A stretch of DNA of 54,443 nt from the IMG/VR virus record IMGVR_UViG_3300032093_000180, positions 1 through 54,443 of that record. One strand, given 5' to 3'. The stretch is from a virus (lineage: Duplodnaviria > Caudoviricetes). The translations under genes were made by a program, and so were the position numbers. Positions 26,928-36,500 of the stretch are shown one piece after another (within the stretch, counting starts at the first letter, position 1; every line of letters begins with the position of its first letter). The notes under the pieces are model-generated. The model saw only the letters and a program-made list of their open reading frames with translations, made no database searches and had not been told where the DNA came from.

Positions 26928-29518
26928 TACGTGTTGCCCCTGCGGCCATCGGGCTTGATGTCAATACGCGGAGCGCCAAGCTGCCACTGCACTCCAAGAT
27001 TGGCAGACTCGACCTTGAACTCCATCTGCCGACCACGAACCCGGATCAGCACCTGCCCGGTAAATTGCTCGACCGGAACCGATGCGCTGCGCACCACAGG
27101 GGCGTTGTTTGTGCCGCCGACAGACTCAGGGTTGTTAAATCCCGAGCCAGAGTTTTGCAGCGGCTTGAGCGTCATGGTCACCTGCGGGTTTGCAGCAGAC
27201 GAACCCCTGAACGTGATGTCAGGCAACAACCTCCAGATAAACCCAAAAGCATGGCCATCACCAATATCAAACTGCGACGAGGTGATGTAGGCGTTGATAG
27301 GGGCCGGGGTGCCAGAGACGTTGTCGTCAACACCAAACTCATGGAAGACCAAGTTGTTGGAGTACGTGGCAGCAATCGGGTAGTTGTTCAGGCTGGAGTC
27401 ATTCCATGCCGTGCGGCCCATCGAGCCATAGAACCACACATCCTCTTGGTAGTTGTAGATGACGTACTTGTCCACCACCGTTGAGTTGGCAGAGCAGTAA
27501 AACCACCAGATTTCGTTGAAGCCCTCGTTCGTGCCGCAGCAGATTTGATCCGTCTGGTCGAGGTTGATGTCCTGATAGATGTACTGCCGCAGGTCACAGC
27601 GCAAAGTCAACACCCGGCCATCGTAGCGGTAGAACTTGTCAATACCCATCCAGTAGATGACACCCGAGGCAATGACCGCCGCGTTGGGTCCGATGATGGA
27701 TATGTTGTCACCAAGAAGCTGGAAGCCCCAAACGTATGGCGGCCCAAGGTACTGCATGGAGTACAGCGCCGTGTCGCTGAACACAACGATCTCTTGCCGG
27801 GACTGAACCGCCGCAACGATTCTTGAGCCGTGAGACAGGCGCTGCCCGCCTGCTTGGTTGGTTGCCTCTGGCGTCCAGTTCACCACCGACTCTTGGTCCG
27901 TCCAGCGAACCAGCATGGGGTCAATTTCACTCTCCCCAATCGGGTTGCAACCAAATGCAATTGTGAACCGGCTGATGTCAGACACCATCGCCAAGTTAAC
28001 AGCCGTCGGAACATCCGATGCGTACGCCAACGACGATACCGGGATGCCGTTTGAGATCGTGTAAACAGTGCCCGTTGCCGCAGCCGTGCAAACAATTGGG
28101 TCACCCTGCGGGGTTGTTGAGATGTAAAAGTTGCTGCCCCCTGCGCTGTATACGTAGTAGACGGTACCTATGGTCATGCCAGTCGGGACGGTGCCCGTGC
28201 TGGTGAACCGAATCGCGGTGTCATCTGAAAGCGTTACGCCAACATTAAACTGGGTTGGCCCGAACAGGGTGATGGTTCCCGATCCTGCCGTGGTCAGGTC
28301 AATGGCCGTCCCGCCAACAGTTGCAGAGACTTGCAGCGTTCCTGCGCCTGCGCCATCTTTGTTAATGACGTAGTACACCGTGCCTGCCACCAGAGGAGAC
28401 GGCAGAGAAGTCGTTGAAGTGAACTTGACCGGGTCACCGTTGGACAGGGTTGTGGTCGAAGCAGACAGGTACTCGGTTGAGGTGTTTACAGACGTTACAA
28501 CACGCGAGTTCAAGGTCGGCGTGACCTCAAGCGGGAGCGCGTTTAACTGCGCGTCCCAGTAGTACAGGGGGCTGCCCTCGTACCCAAAGATCAGATTCTG
28601 GCCAAAGTTTGCCTGATACCACAGGCGCAGATTCAGGAAGCTGGGTTCACCAATACCCCAAGGACCGCTGCCCCACGGGCCAGCACCCCAGCCAGCCAGC
28701 GGTTGCGCCAGTTCAAACCCAACGGGAATCTGGTACTGCGCGTTGACTGTGGTGCCGCCACCGCCCACATCGTATGAAGTGGCGTTGACCGATGCGGTGA
28801 TGGTGTAAGTGTTTATATCAACAATTGTGACTTGGAACGACTGATTGAGGACATCAGCCGTGATGCCGTTGTTGACGTACAGCGAAAACGTGCCCGATCC
28901 AGCCGTGGTCGTAGAGATTGGAGCACCGTCAATCACGTTGGCAAACTGAATCGTCGTGCCAGAAACAAGCTGTGCAAAGTACTGCACACCCTCAATCAGT
29001 CCAGCCGGAAGAGCGCCGCCAGCAGACACAGACAAAACCACGGGGGTGTTGTCGGCCAGGGCAGAAGACACAACAAAGTCGGTTGCACTTGAACGGGTGA
29101 AGGTCTGGGTGCTCAGGGCAACCGCACCAATAAAACTGGCGTAATCGCCATCTGCCAGCCCATGCGCGGTGTCGGCCACAGTAATAACCGCTGATCCAGG
29201 CGTTGCAGTGAAAGGGTTTGAGAGAGTGGCAAACTCACGGATGGGCGTAATGTCGTTGTATGAGCCACCCTCTTCAATGTAGAACTTCAGGTTGGTGCCA
29301 ACGCCGTTTAGCACGATCCCGTTGAGCGTGGCCCAAGTCCACAGTGACCGGCAGACGCCCTCATACGTGTTGGGCGAAATCTGTGACCAGCCGCCAATCT
29401 TCTCGGGCGTGCCTTGACGGAAGCGAACCTTGTCGCAGTCGTACCAGCCCCCCTCGGTGGTGTACCGCGTGTTTTCCCGGTTGACCCCCGGTTTAAACAA
29501 AATTTTTTGGAGTGGCAT
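26927..29518 (-). CDS. Tail nozzle / DNA stabilisation protein (tail tubular B-like)
   Basis: MPLQKILFKPGVNRE start; VRWTDQE, NEIWWFY, RVRGRQ, DIKPDGRR; inserted repeat domains. Confidence 0.8.
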   Translation of the reverse strand: MPLQKILFKPGVNRENTRYTTEGGWYDCDKVRFRQGTPEKIGGWSQISPNTYEGVCRSLWTWATLNGIVLNGVGTNLKFYIEEGGSYNDITPIREFATLSNPFTATPGSAVITVADTAHGLADGDYASFIGAVALSTQTFTRSSATDFVVSSALADNTPVVLSVSAGGALPAGLIEGVQYFAQLVSGTTIQFANVIDGAPISTTTAGSGTFSLYVNNGITADVLNQSFQVTIVDINTYTITASVNATSYDVGGGGTTVNAQYQIPVGFELAQPLAGWGAGPWGSGPWGIGEPSFLNLRLWYQANFGQNLIFGYEGSPLYYWDAQLNALPLEVTPTLNSRVVTSVNTSTEYLSASTTTLSNGDPVKFTSTTSLPSPLVAGTVYYVINKDGAGAGTLQVSATVGGTAIDLTTAGSGTITLFGPTQFNVGVTLSDDTAIRFTSTGTVPTGMTIGTVYYVYSAGGSNFYISTTPQGDPIVCTAAATGTVYTISNGIPVSSLAYASDVPTAVNLAMVSDISRFTIAFGCNPIGESEIDPMLVRWTDQESVVNWTPEATNQAGGQRLSHGSRIVAAVQSRQEIVVFSDTALYSMQYLGPPYVWGFQLLGDNISIIGPNAAVIASGVIYWMGIDKFYRYDGRVLTLRCDLRQYIYQDINLDQTDQICCGTNEGFNEIWWFYCSANSTVVDKYVIYNYQEDVWFYGSMGRTAWNDSSLNNYPIAATYSNNLVFHEFGVDDNVSGTPAPINAYITSSQFDIGDGHAFGFIWRLLPDITFRGSSAANPQVTMTLKPLQNSGSGFNNPESVGGTNNAPVVRSASVPVEQFTGQVLIRVRGRQMEFKVESANLGVQWQLGAPRIDIKPDGRRGNT

Positions 29519-29525
29519 GGTCGTC

Positions 29526-30041
29526 CTACGACAAGAAGAGGGCGCGTTCGTCTCTGCGGCGCTTATCCAGCCCTGCCAGCACTTTACCCCCACCCTTGTT
29601 CCAAAGCAAGAAAGCGTCTGCTGCGCCTTCCCAATCGCCCCGGTTTGCTTTGATGCGGATGCTGCTGCGCTGGAGGTTGCCTAACCCGAAATTAAAGGAA
29701 ATACTGACCAGAGCGTCAAAGCGGCCTTGACTGCCAACACTGCCGGGCACAAGTCGAAGAACACCACGTTCAAAACTTGCGACATCCGAGTCGAAGAGAT
29801 CATTAATTTCCTGCTTGGACCAGACACGGTTGTCCTCCGGTTTCAATGGGTACTCCCTGCGGATCATGGGAATGTCGGCCTGGGTCTTGCCTTCTGGCCG
29901 CATCATCGGCAGGCGAATCTGTTCTTGATACAGCACATGGCCATATCCAATTGTCCAGATGTGCGCCGGACATAGATACGGGCGGTTTCTGAAACCCTCG
30001 TACTTATGCATCAAGTCAGCGCCAACCTTACTTAGTTTCAC
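29526..30041 (-). CDS. Endolysin, GH24 phage lysozyme
   Basis: YEG...PYLCPAHIWTIGYGH, FDALVSISFNFG, W.KGGGKVLAGL..RR..E..LF; GTGA overlap with holin. Confidence 0.93.
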   Translation of the reverse strand: MKLSKVGADLMHKYEGFRNRPYLCPAHIWTIGYGHVLYQEQIRLPMMRPEGKTQADIPMIRREYPLKPEDNRVWSKQEINDLFDSDVASFERGVLRLVPGSVGSQGRFDALVSISFNFGLGNLQRSSIRIKANRGDWEGAADAFLLWNKGGGKVLAGLDKRRRDERALFLS

Positions 30042-30541
30042 TTCCGGCCCCAGGTGCGCGTCCCAAACCAAAATCCAATAATCCCGCCCAACATGGCCAT
30101 TTCGTCGGGACTAAAAATAATATCCGAGTACCGCAGCACATCGTCCATACTCTTAATCATTCCAGGGTTTGTATACAGGTAGTAGCACAGGAACAAGTTG
30201 ATCAGCACCAACTCCAGCACGAAGATGTACGTCACCGTCGGACGCACGGTGCCGACGTAGTTGGCGACCCACTGGCTGGCCCTGTCCAGCACCTTTTCAT
30301 CGTGTTTAAGCGCGGCTTCCGTCATCTGCGCCTCGGTCTGCATCATCACTTGGTCGGTGCGGATTTCTTCAATCTTCTGCTGGGCGGCATACCCCTGGGC
30401 AGCCAGAGCCAACTCACGCTCATTTTGCATCCGGGCCAAAGCCAACTCATGCTTTTGGTCGGCCTTGTTCTGGAAGTAGTCCAGCAGTTTTGGCAAGCCG
30501 GAAATCAGCAAGCCGCCGAGGGTAGAGATAAGGGACAACAT
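30038..30541 (-). CDS. Putative holin
   Basis: Hydrophobic segments, VRPTVTY, IIGFWFGTR; directly upstream of lysozyme. Confidence 0.75.
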   Translation of the reverse strand: MLSLISTLGGLLISGLPKLLDYFQNKADQKHELALARMQNERELALAAQGYAAQQKIEEIRTDQVMMQTEAQMTEAALKHDEKVLDRASQWVANYVGTVRPTVTYIFVLELVLINLFLCYYLYTNPGMIKSMDDVLRYSDIIFSPDEMAMLGGIIGFWFGTRTWGRK

Positions 30542-30542
30542 A

Positions 30543-31022
30543 CTATTTTCCTTGTGCCGTGGCTTCCACGATGAACCAAACAGTTGCGCCGATAACGACA
30601 AACACCACCAACGCGCCGATCAAAATAATGAACAACTCATCCAACTCTTGCTGCCGTTTCTTTGCGGCTTCTTTTTTACGCCTTGCCGCATGGGCTGCGT
30701 CTGCTTCCATCCGCTGCGCCCGAGCCGCAATCCGCATCCAGACATCCATCTTGTTTGCCTGGAAAAACAGCATCTTGATCTGTTCCTCAAACTGCTTGGC
30801 CTGCTCAATGGCCATTTCCAACTCAAGCGCCTTACCTAACGCGGACCCCTTAAACCCACCCTCTTGCGACTTTTGGACAACCTCGATGGCGTCGGCTTTG
30901 GCATCAAAATATTTCCCCAGCACCGGCCCGAGCGAAGTGACATCATCAACCGTCGCGGCGACCTTTTTAACAAGCTCAACCGCTGACGATATCGCAGCAA
31001 GGGCGCTTATCGGGTCGATCAT
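30543..31022 (-). CDS. Membrane-anchored hypothetical protein
   Basis: MIDPISALA start, coiled coil, C-terminal TM helix. Confidence 0.7.
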   Translation of the reverse strand: MIDPISALAAISSAVELVKKVAATVDDVTSLGPVLGKYFDAKADAIEVVQKSQEGGFKGSALGKALELEMAIEQAKQFEEQIKMLFFQANKMDVWMRIAARAQRMEADAAHAARRKKEAAKKRQQELDELFIILIGALVVFVVIGATVWFIVEATAQGK

Positions 31023-31304
31023 TTATATTTTGTTTGCTGCAAACACGTTGATGAACACCGTGCCGTCTTCCAAGGCTTCGATCTCGTGCCATTGGCTGGC
31101 AATCAAATTGACAGGCTTTGTGGCTTTTGTCATCACCAACTCTTTGCCCTCTTTGCGCACAACACATGACCCGGCAGCGCACAGCGTGGCGTGAGCGTAC
31201 ATATGCTCATGGCGCGGCAACCCCTCACCCTTGTTGGCGTGATACACATAGAGCGCCGCACCGTCATAAGTGAAGGAGTGGGCCGGGGTGAGGGCGACTA
31301 CCAT
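31023..31304 (-). CDS. Cupin-domain protein
   Basis: GEGLPRHEHMYAH...GS...WHEIEALEDGTVF. Confidence 0.85.
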   Translation of the reverse strand: MVVALTPAHSFTYDGAALYVYHANKGEGLPRHEHMYAHATLCAAGSCVVRKEGKELVMTKATKPVNLIASQWHEIEALEDGTVFINVFAANKI

Positions 31305-31312
31305 GAAGCGTT

Positions 31313-31549
31313 TTACTTGGTTGGCATCAGCGCCTTGAGTTCGTCTGGCGTCTGCGCTGCGTCCATCTGGGTCTGGAGGGCGGCGTATTTGTCACGGATT
31401 GCCTGACGAGCGGCCTCGGCTGCGGCTGCATCCACACCCGGAATCTGTTTCATGATGATTGCGTCATGCGGCTCAAACTCTTTGGCACGGGCAGCGCGAC
31501 GGGCATCATGGGCGATAGCCTTCGCCTTTGTCATGTTGATCTGGATCAT
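31313..31549 (-). CDS. Tail fibre assembly-like protein
   Basis: INMTKAKAIAHD.RR..R...RQAIRD...AAQTPDELKA; fibre locus. Confidence 0.6.
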   Translation of the reverse strand: MIQINMTKAKAIAHDARRAARAKEFEPHDAIIMKQIPGVDAAAAEAARQAIRDKYAALQTQMDAAQTPDELKALMPTK

Positions 31550-31734
31550 GCATACTCCCATGCGTTGCGGAAGGCGCGGTCAGATGGGATGTCAGCGACA
31601 TCCACAATCTTGTAGGGCTTGCCCTGCGGCACATCTTTGGCCGCGATCTCTTCAATCGTCAGGCCGCACTCGGCAGCAGGCACGATGACGGACACGCCGC
31701 CATCGTCGTTGGGGTAAATGATGCGAGAGTTCAT
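31546..31734 (-). CDS. Small tail-fibre-associated protein
   Basis: IIYPNDDGGVSVIVPA...KDVP...DRAFRNAWE; AGGAG RBS. Confidence 0.7.
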   Translation of the reverse strand: MNSRIIYPNDDGGVSVIVPAAECGLTIEEIAAKDVPQGKPYKIVDVADIPSDRAFRNAWEYA

Positions 31735-31746
31735 GATATCTCCTGA

Positions 31747-32262
31747 CTAACGGAAAACGGAAAAACAGACAATTGTTGGGTCGTATTCACCTGTTGCCCG
31801 TTGGTCTGTAACCATACGAAAATTTGTTGTTGATAGGGTCGTACCAAAAGCAATAACCGCTACGCCGCCGTCATTATTCGACGCTTGTGCGGACAGGGTT
31901 TGCGATATTGCATAATTCGCATCCGGCATCGCCGTCGTGAAGTTGATCGTGTAGTCACCCGTGCCGTTATCCGTGATGCTCGTCACGTTGCCCGAGGCGC
32001 GGATCGCAACAGTGCCGGTGCCGTTGAAGTTCACCCATGCGCGGCAACCATAGGCAGTAGCAACAGAGCCGTAGCCTGAATTCATCAGGAAGTTGCCAGA
32101 GGCGTCAAACTCACCACACTGCACACCGCCCTCGGCAAAGCCAATCCTGTCATTGCCTGGGAAATAAATGCCGGTGTTGGCGTCAGTCCCCCTGATGGCA
32201 GGAGTAGCAGCAGAACCGTCGATGTCAGACAGGCCGTCGGTGCCAGACAAAATTAGTGTCAT
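31747..32262 (-). CDS. Tail fibre / receptor-binding module
   Basis: GSAATPAI, CRAWVNFNG, SGNVTSITDNGTGDYTINF. Confidence 0.75.
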   Translation of the reverse strand: MTLILSGTDGLSDIDGSAATPAIRGTDANTGIYFPGNDRIGFAEGGVQCGEFDASGNFLMNSGYGSVATAYGCRAWVNFNGTGTVAIRASGNVTSITDNGTGDYTINFTTAMPDANYAISQTLSAQASNNDGGVAVIAFGTTLSTTNFRMVTDQRATGEYDPTIVCFSVFR

Positions 32263-32272
32263 GTGTTACTCC

Positions 32273-33076
32273 TCACTCATAAAGAATGTTGATTGATCCG
32301 GCGTCGAAGGTGTCAGTGCCATTAAAACTTGTAATACGCACTCTATCAAGCGCCCCGGAAAGAGATAAATTGCCCGCGCCGGTAACACTCCAGCCAGAAC
32401 GATTAAACAAATGGTCAGAAATCCAAACATTTCCAGAAATATTTGTTATAACCATTCTGCCAATTGTGTTTTCTGATGCAGTCCCAGATTGAATACCAAA
32501 GCCGTTTGTGGTTGAAAAAGAAGTAACTGTATTTGTTGATGTTGCAGAAACAGTTACAGATGTATAGCCGGAAGTCACAATTGAGCCGGCACCAATTTGA
32601 ACTAACATGCCAGAACTGCCGTTCATACTCACCCCGTTGAACATCACCGTGATGCGGCGCACCCAAGACGGGATGCCGGTGAAATCAATGCTGGTGCCGG
32701 AGGTGGAGTTCTGAGCGGTGCCGGGGACAATCTGGCTGTTTGTCGCGCCAGCAAACGGGTACCACGTTGTGTCGGTCAAGCGATAAATGAACGACTCGGG
32801 CTGGTTGGCCCGCATGGTTATCGTGCCCCCAACCAAGGACTGGCCGGTGTTGCCCTGCACAGTCAGAGCGGTGATCTGCTGCGTGGACTCGATGGTGATG
32901 ATCATGCCGTCTGCCGGAGAGGCAGGCATTGTGATCGTGCCGGTGGCCAGCGTACCCGCTGGGTTGGCGATCAGGGTTGTGGTACCCGCTGCAAAAGTGT
33001 ACGAAAAGCCCGTCGTCAGGACTTGGAAGTCATACGACTGTAAGACGCCGTTGGTGCCGCTGATTGCTGTTGGCAT
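32273..33076 (-). CDS. Tail fibre module
   Basis: PAGTLATGTITMP, STSGTSIDFTGIPSWVRRIT, LDRVRIT...FDAGSINILYE. Confidence 0.75.
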   Translation of the reverse strand: MPTAISGTNGVLQSYDFQVLTTGFSYTFAAGTTTLIANPAGTLATGTITMPASPADGMIITIESTQQITALTVQGNTGQSLVGGTITMRANQPESFIYRLTDTTWYPFAGATNSQIVPGTAQNSTSGTSIDFTGIPSWVRRITVMFNGVSMNGSSGMLVQIGAGSIVTSGYTSVTVSATSTNTVTSFSTTNGFGIQSGTASENTIGRMVITNISGNVWISDHLFNRSGWSVTGAGNLSLSGALDRVRITSFNGTDTFDAGSINILYE

Positions 33077-33085
33077 GGTTGTTCC

Positions 33086-33343
33086 TTAAAGGTCTTGGGT
33101 GCCTTGAGACACAGGCTGGTCAGGTGGGACAACAGGCTCAGGGGTTGGTTTCACCTTAATGGTACTGTCGGCATTGTCGTAATACCACTGATCAGCCTCT
33201 ACCGCATCATCACAGTCCACCCAAAAAAGAGTCTTGTAGACCGGAAATTCTTGGGCGGCAGTTTCAACAATACGCCAGCCAATAACTTCTTGCGTGTTTG
33301 GGTTGAGCACATTTTCTGTTGAAGAAACCAATGCTTTTTTCAT
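33086..33343 (-). CDS. Small fibre-associated hypothetical protein
   Basis: MKKALVS...FPV...LFWVDCDD; GGAG RBS. Confidence 0.7.
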   Translation of the reverse strand: MKKALVSSTENVLNPNTQEVIGWRIVETAAQEFPVYKTLFWVDCDDAVEADQWYYDNADSTIKVKPTPEPVVPPDQPVSQGTQDL

Positions 33344-33344
33344 C

Positions 33345-34166
33345 TCAATACTCCACCAAAACAAATCCCGGAGCGCCAGCGCCGCCTGTTTGGGAGCCTG
33401 CGCCGCTAACTCTATTACCACCGCTGCCACCCGCGCCGTATCCAGAGCCCGCTACACCGTTACTGTTGGCATTGTTGTCTGCACGATTACCGCCACGACC
33501 AAATTCTGATACCCCGAAAGTGTCTGTTATAAGGACATTAGCACAGCCAGAAATATAGAAAAATTGCTGCGCCGCAGCATAATTTGTTGCACCACCGGAG
33601 CCCGAGGAAACGCCCGAGTTAGCACTAATTCCAGCCGAGCCAGCCCCGCCTGGAATGTTAAAGTTGCCGCCCGTTGCAGTCCCGGCAGCCCCCCCTCCTC
33701 CGAAAACGTTACCGCCGACCCCGCCTGCGCCGCCTGTTGCGGAACAAAATGCGCCAAACGATGACGTTCCACCAGTCCCACCAGTAGCGCCAGCCGAAAC
33801 CGTACCACCGGCTCCAACAGTCACAGTTACGGTGCCTCCCGGAGTAAGCCCCGTAACCCATTCAATTGCAGTGCCACCGCCACCGCCACCACCGCCAGCG
33901 CGGCCTAGTGCGCTTGGGCCGCCCCCGCCACCACCACCGGCAACCACTGTGACCTTAACTGCGGTAACGCCTGCCGGGACTGTAAAGGTGGAAGTGCCTG
34001 TGGTTGTAAACAGTTCTGCCCGCGCCCCGCCAGTAATATCGCTTGTCAGAGCGACAGTGCCAGTTGAATCAGGCAGCGTGAGGGTTTGGTTGTTGTTGGA
34101 GTTTGGCGATGCAACCGTAAATATTCCGGTGCCGCCGACATTCCCAGAAAGACGTACTGAACTCAT
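33345..34166 (-). CDS. Glycine-rich tail fibre module
   Basis: TLTLPDSTGT, FTVPAGVTAVKVTVVAGGGGGG, GGTSSFG, G.PGFVLVEY. Confidence 0.8.
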   Translation of the reverse strand: MSSVRLSGNVGGTGIFTVASPNSNNNQTLTLPDSTGTVALTSDITGGARAELFTTTGTSTFTVPAGVTAVKVTVVAGGGGGGGPSALGRAGGGGGGGGTAIEWVTGLTPGGTVTVTVGAGGTVSAGATGGTGGTSSFGAFCSATGGAGGVGGNVFGGGGAAGTATGGNFNIPGGAGSAGISANSGVSSGSGGATNYAAAQQFFYISGCANVLITDTFGVSEFGRGGNRADNNANSNGVAGSGYGAGGSGGNRVSGAGSQTGGAGAPGFVLVEY

Positions 34167-34175
34167 GTTCGCTCC

Positions 34176-34766
34176 TTAAACCACTACCCAGCTTGAGCCG
34201 GTGGTTACAGTTACCGATATACCGCTGTCAATTGTGACGGGGCCAAATGTACCGGCGTTGGTTGCTGCCGGGATGGTGTAGTTTGAGGTCACGTTCTGAC
34301 CGTTTTCAAAGAATATCTGATCCGTGCCACCACCCGTTGCGCCGCCAGAGCCGCCAGCAACTTTGACAAAATCCCCAACCCCTGAGTCCCATGCCATCAG
34401 GGCTGCCTGCCCAGCAGAGACAAATGCGCCCGCCGTGGGGCTGCTCGGGCCGCCGCGCAAATACACCAGGGAATCTGAGTTGTTGATCACCACATACATT
34501 TTGCTCTGCTTGGGAGCGTTGATGTAGCGCGTAGCACCCGGTGTCCCGGTGGCAATCAGGATGGCGTTTCTGGCCTCGTTTGGAGCGCCCCCTGCGGTGG
34601 TGGTCAGGGTCCAGTCGCCAGCCGTCACACTGGCGGTTGAAAATTGAGCAATCGCATCCTCAACCAGTTGTGTAAGCTGGCTGTTTACGGCGGTTCCCCA
34701 TGTATTTACAAGGCTGCCCGTTACGGGCTGGATCAGCCCGAGTAGCGAAGTGTATGCGGATGGCAT
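34176..34766 (-). CDS. Tail fibre proximal/adaptor protein
   Basis: TG...NTWG..VN..L..LVEDAI N-terminus; GATGGGTDQIFFENGQ...W.VV C-terminus. Confidence 0.72.
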   Translation of the reverse strand: MPSAYTSLLGLIQPVTGSLVNTWGTAVNSQLTQLVEDAIAQFSTASVTAGDWTLTTTAGGAPNEARNAILIATGTPGATRYINAPKQSKMYVVINNSDSLVYLRGGPSSPTAGAFVSAGQAALMAWDSGVGDFVKVAGGSGGATGGGTDQIFFENGQNVTSNYTIPAATNAGTFGPVTIDSGISVTVTTGSSWVVV

Positions 34767-35852
34767 TTAAGGCTCCTTTGTGTCGATATTGCGCCAGCCA
34801 GCGTCAGCCGAGGTTGAAACATTTTGCCACGAGGAAGGTCCCGTGTCATCAATGACTACCCACCCAGCGCTTTGGGTATCGACGATCAATTCCCATTTCA
34901 AACGAACCATGATCTGGTCCGCCGCGTTTACGTTCTCTTGGATCAGGGAAACAAACGCCACAATGACCGCAAGTACTTCTTCTGCTGTGGCTGACTCATC
35001 AACACTTACAGCAAACCCGGCATTAGCAACTACCGTTTCCGCGCCAACAGCCGACTCCGAGACCGAGGCACCAAAAGTCAGACTTGTTGCCACTGCGTCA
35101 TCTGCCTGAGCACTTTCGAGCACCGCACCAAAAAAGGTGAAGCTGGATGCCGTTTCGTCCAACCCAGCCGCAGACTCAGCGATTTGAGTGGAATACACCG
35201 GCACAGAGGACACAGTCTCCGACCCCGTCGCGTTCTCAGAAATCTGGGTGGAGTACGTCGGAACGCTGCTGATGGTGTCGGTTCCAGTCACAGTTTCCGT
35301 GACGCTTGCTGGGAACGTGGCCGCACTTGCCACTGTGTCCGTACCAGACGCACCCTCATCCACTACCCCGAACAGGGCATGTTGGGTGAACGCGAAGTCC
35401 GCACCTTGAGCGGTCTCGTCAATTGACGAGGTCAAAACTGCACCCGCAACTACAGCGTCAGTGCCTGTCGCGCTCTCAGAAATGCTGGTCGAGTAGATGG
35501 GAACAGACGAAACGATGTCTGTGCCGGTTGCGGTCTCATCAAGAGAAACAAGAAAAGTTGCTGCCGCAGAGACCGTATCCGTGCCTACCGCAGACTCAGA
35601 AACCGCTGCAAGAAACGAGGCGCTGGCAGCTTGAGAATCTGACCCAGTCGCGGTCTCAGAGACAGACGACAAAAATGTAACGCCGCCAACTACGGTGTCA
35701 TTACCAGTCGCGGACTCGGAAACGGAAGCAGGTAAAGTTAAAGCCGCTGAGACGGCGTCAGTCCCGGTAGCGGACTCAATGACTACAGCGGCAAATACGT
35801 TCCCCGCCAGCGCGGAAATCGCTGTTGTTGAGAACGCATGGAAGCCAAACAT
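34767..35852 (-). CDS. Fibre shaft protein with 15 tandem 20-aa repeats
   Basis: ExAxGxD core repeated with period 20. Confidence 0.75.
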   Translation of the reverse strand: MFGFHAFSTTAISALAGNVFAAVVIESATGTDAVSAALTLPASVSESATGNDTVVGGVTFLSSVSETATGSDSQAASASFLAAVSESAVGTDTVSAAATFLVSLDETATGTDIVSSVPIYSTSISESATGTDAVVAGAVLTSSIDETAQGADFAFTQHALFGVVDEGASGTDTVASAATFPASVTETVTGTDTISSVPTYSTQISENATGSETVSSVPVYSTQIAESAAGLDETASSFTFFGAVLESAQADDAVATSLTFGASVSESAVGAETVVANAGFAVSVDESATAEEVLAVIVAFVSLIQENVNAADQIMVRLKWELIVDTQSAGWVVIDDTGPSSWQNVSTSADAGWRNIDTKEP

Positions 35853-36310
35853 CAGACAACCGTCCAGTTTGAACCGGAAGGCACCGTCACCGTCACACCA
35901 CTTGCAATCGTGACCGGCCCGCCGCTGATGGCATTGTGTCCATCATTGACCGTTGAGGACTGCGTTATGACGGCTTCGTTCTCGATATACCCCATGCCGC
36001 CGATGACGGCCCTTCCTGCGGGGTAGTCACAAAACACATCCTTGGTACCAGATGAGAAGTTGACCTTCGCCCCAGAGGCGCTGGAGGCAAGCACCGTGTC
36101 CCGAGACAACGTTGTGCCCGAGGCTGTGTATGTGCCTATCCCCACCTCCCACTCAGAGGTGCCCTGGCCCGCGATGGTGTAGTACGTGGTGTTGGCGTTG
36201 CCGATGGCAGCAAAGGTCTGAAAACCCGTAACTGCCCCCGCCAGTGTCACCGATACGGTGCCGGTCGTTGTTGTAGTCTCACGGACTCGATCCGCAAGGA
36301 CGAAGGGCAT
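35852..36310 (-). CDS. Fibre-associated structural protein
   Basis: LADRVRETTTTTGT, WEVGIGTY, GTKDVFCDYPA; C-terminal module shared with 34176-34766. Confidence 0.75.
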   Translation of the reverse strand: MPFVLADRVRETTTTTGTVSVTLAGAVTGFQTFAAIGNANTTYYTIAGQGTSEWEVGIGTYTASGTTLSRDTVLASSASGAKVNFSSGTKDVFCDYPAGRAVIGGMGYIENEAVITQSSTVNDGHNAISGGPVTIASGVTVTVPSGSNWTVV

Positions 36311-36311
36311 G

Positions 36312-36491
36312 TCAAGCCCCCGTCAGTTGGTCTTCATCAAACCAGCGTTGCTGAGTCACACCGTTTGTGTCCGTCCACTCGACGAGATACTGGATCACGC
36401 CGCTGTCGTCCATTCGCAGTGCCAACACTGGGCCTTGCGGCATGACGTTGGTGAGCTTTACAACATCACCCTTTTTGAATGCGGTGGCCAT
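36312..36491 (-). CDS. Small YodC/DUF2158-like protein, 59 aa, missing from ORF track
   Basis: Manual translation MATAFKKGDVVKLTNVMPQGPVLALRMDDSGVIQYLVEWTDTNGVTQQRWFDEDQLTGA; AAGGAG RBS. Confidence 0.75.
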   Translation of the reverse strand: MATAFKKGDVVKLTNVMPQGPVLALRMDDSGVIQYLVEWTDTNGVTQQRWFDEDQLTGA

Positions 36492-36500
36492 GTGCTCTCC

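Noticed and set aside
31313-36310. Possible diversity-generating retroelement acting on fibre genes
   Set aside because: No reverse transcriptase and no near-identical repeat pair differing at adenines was seen
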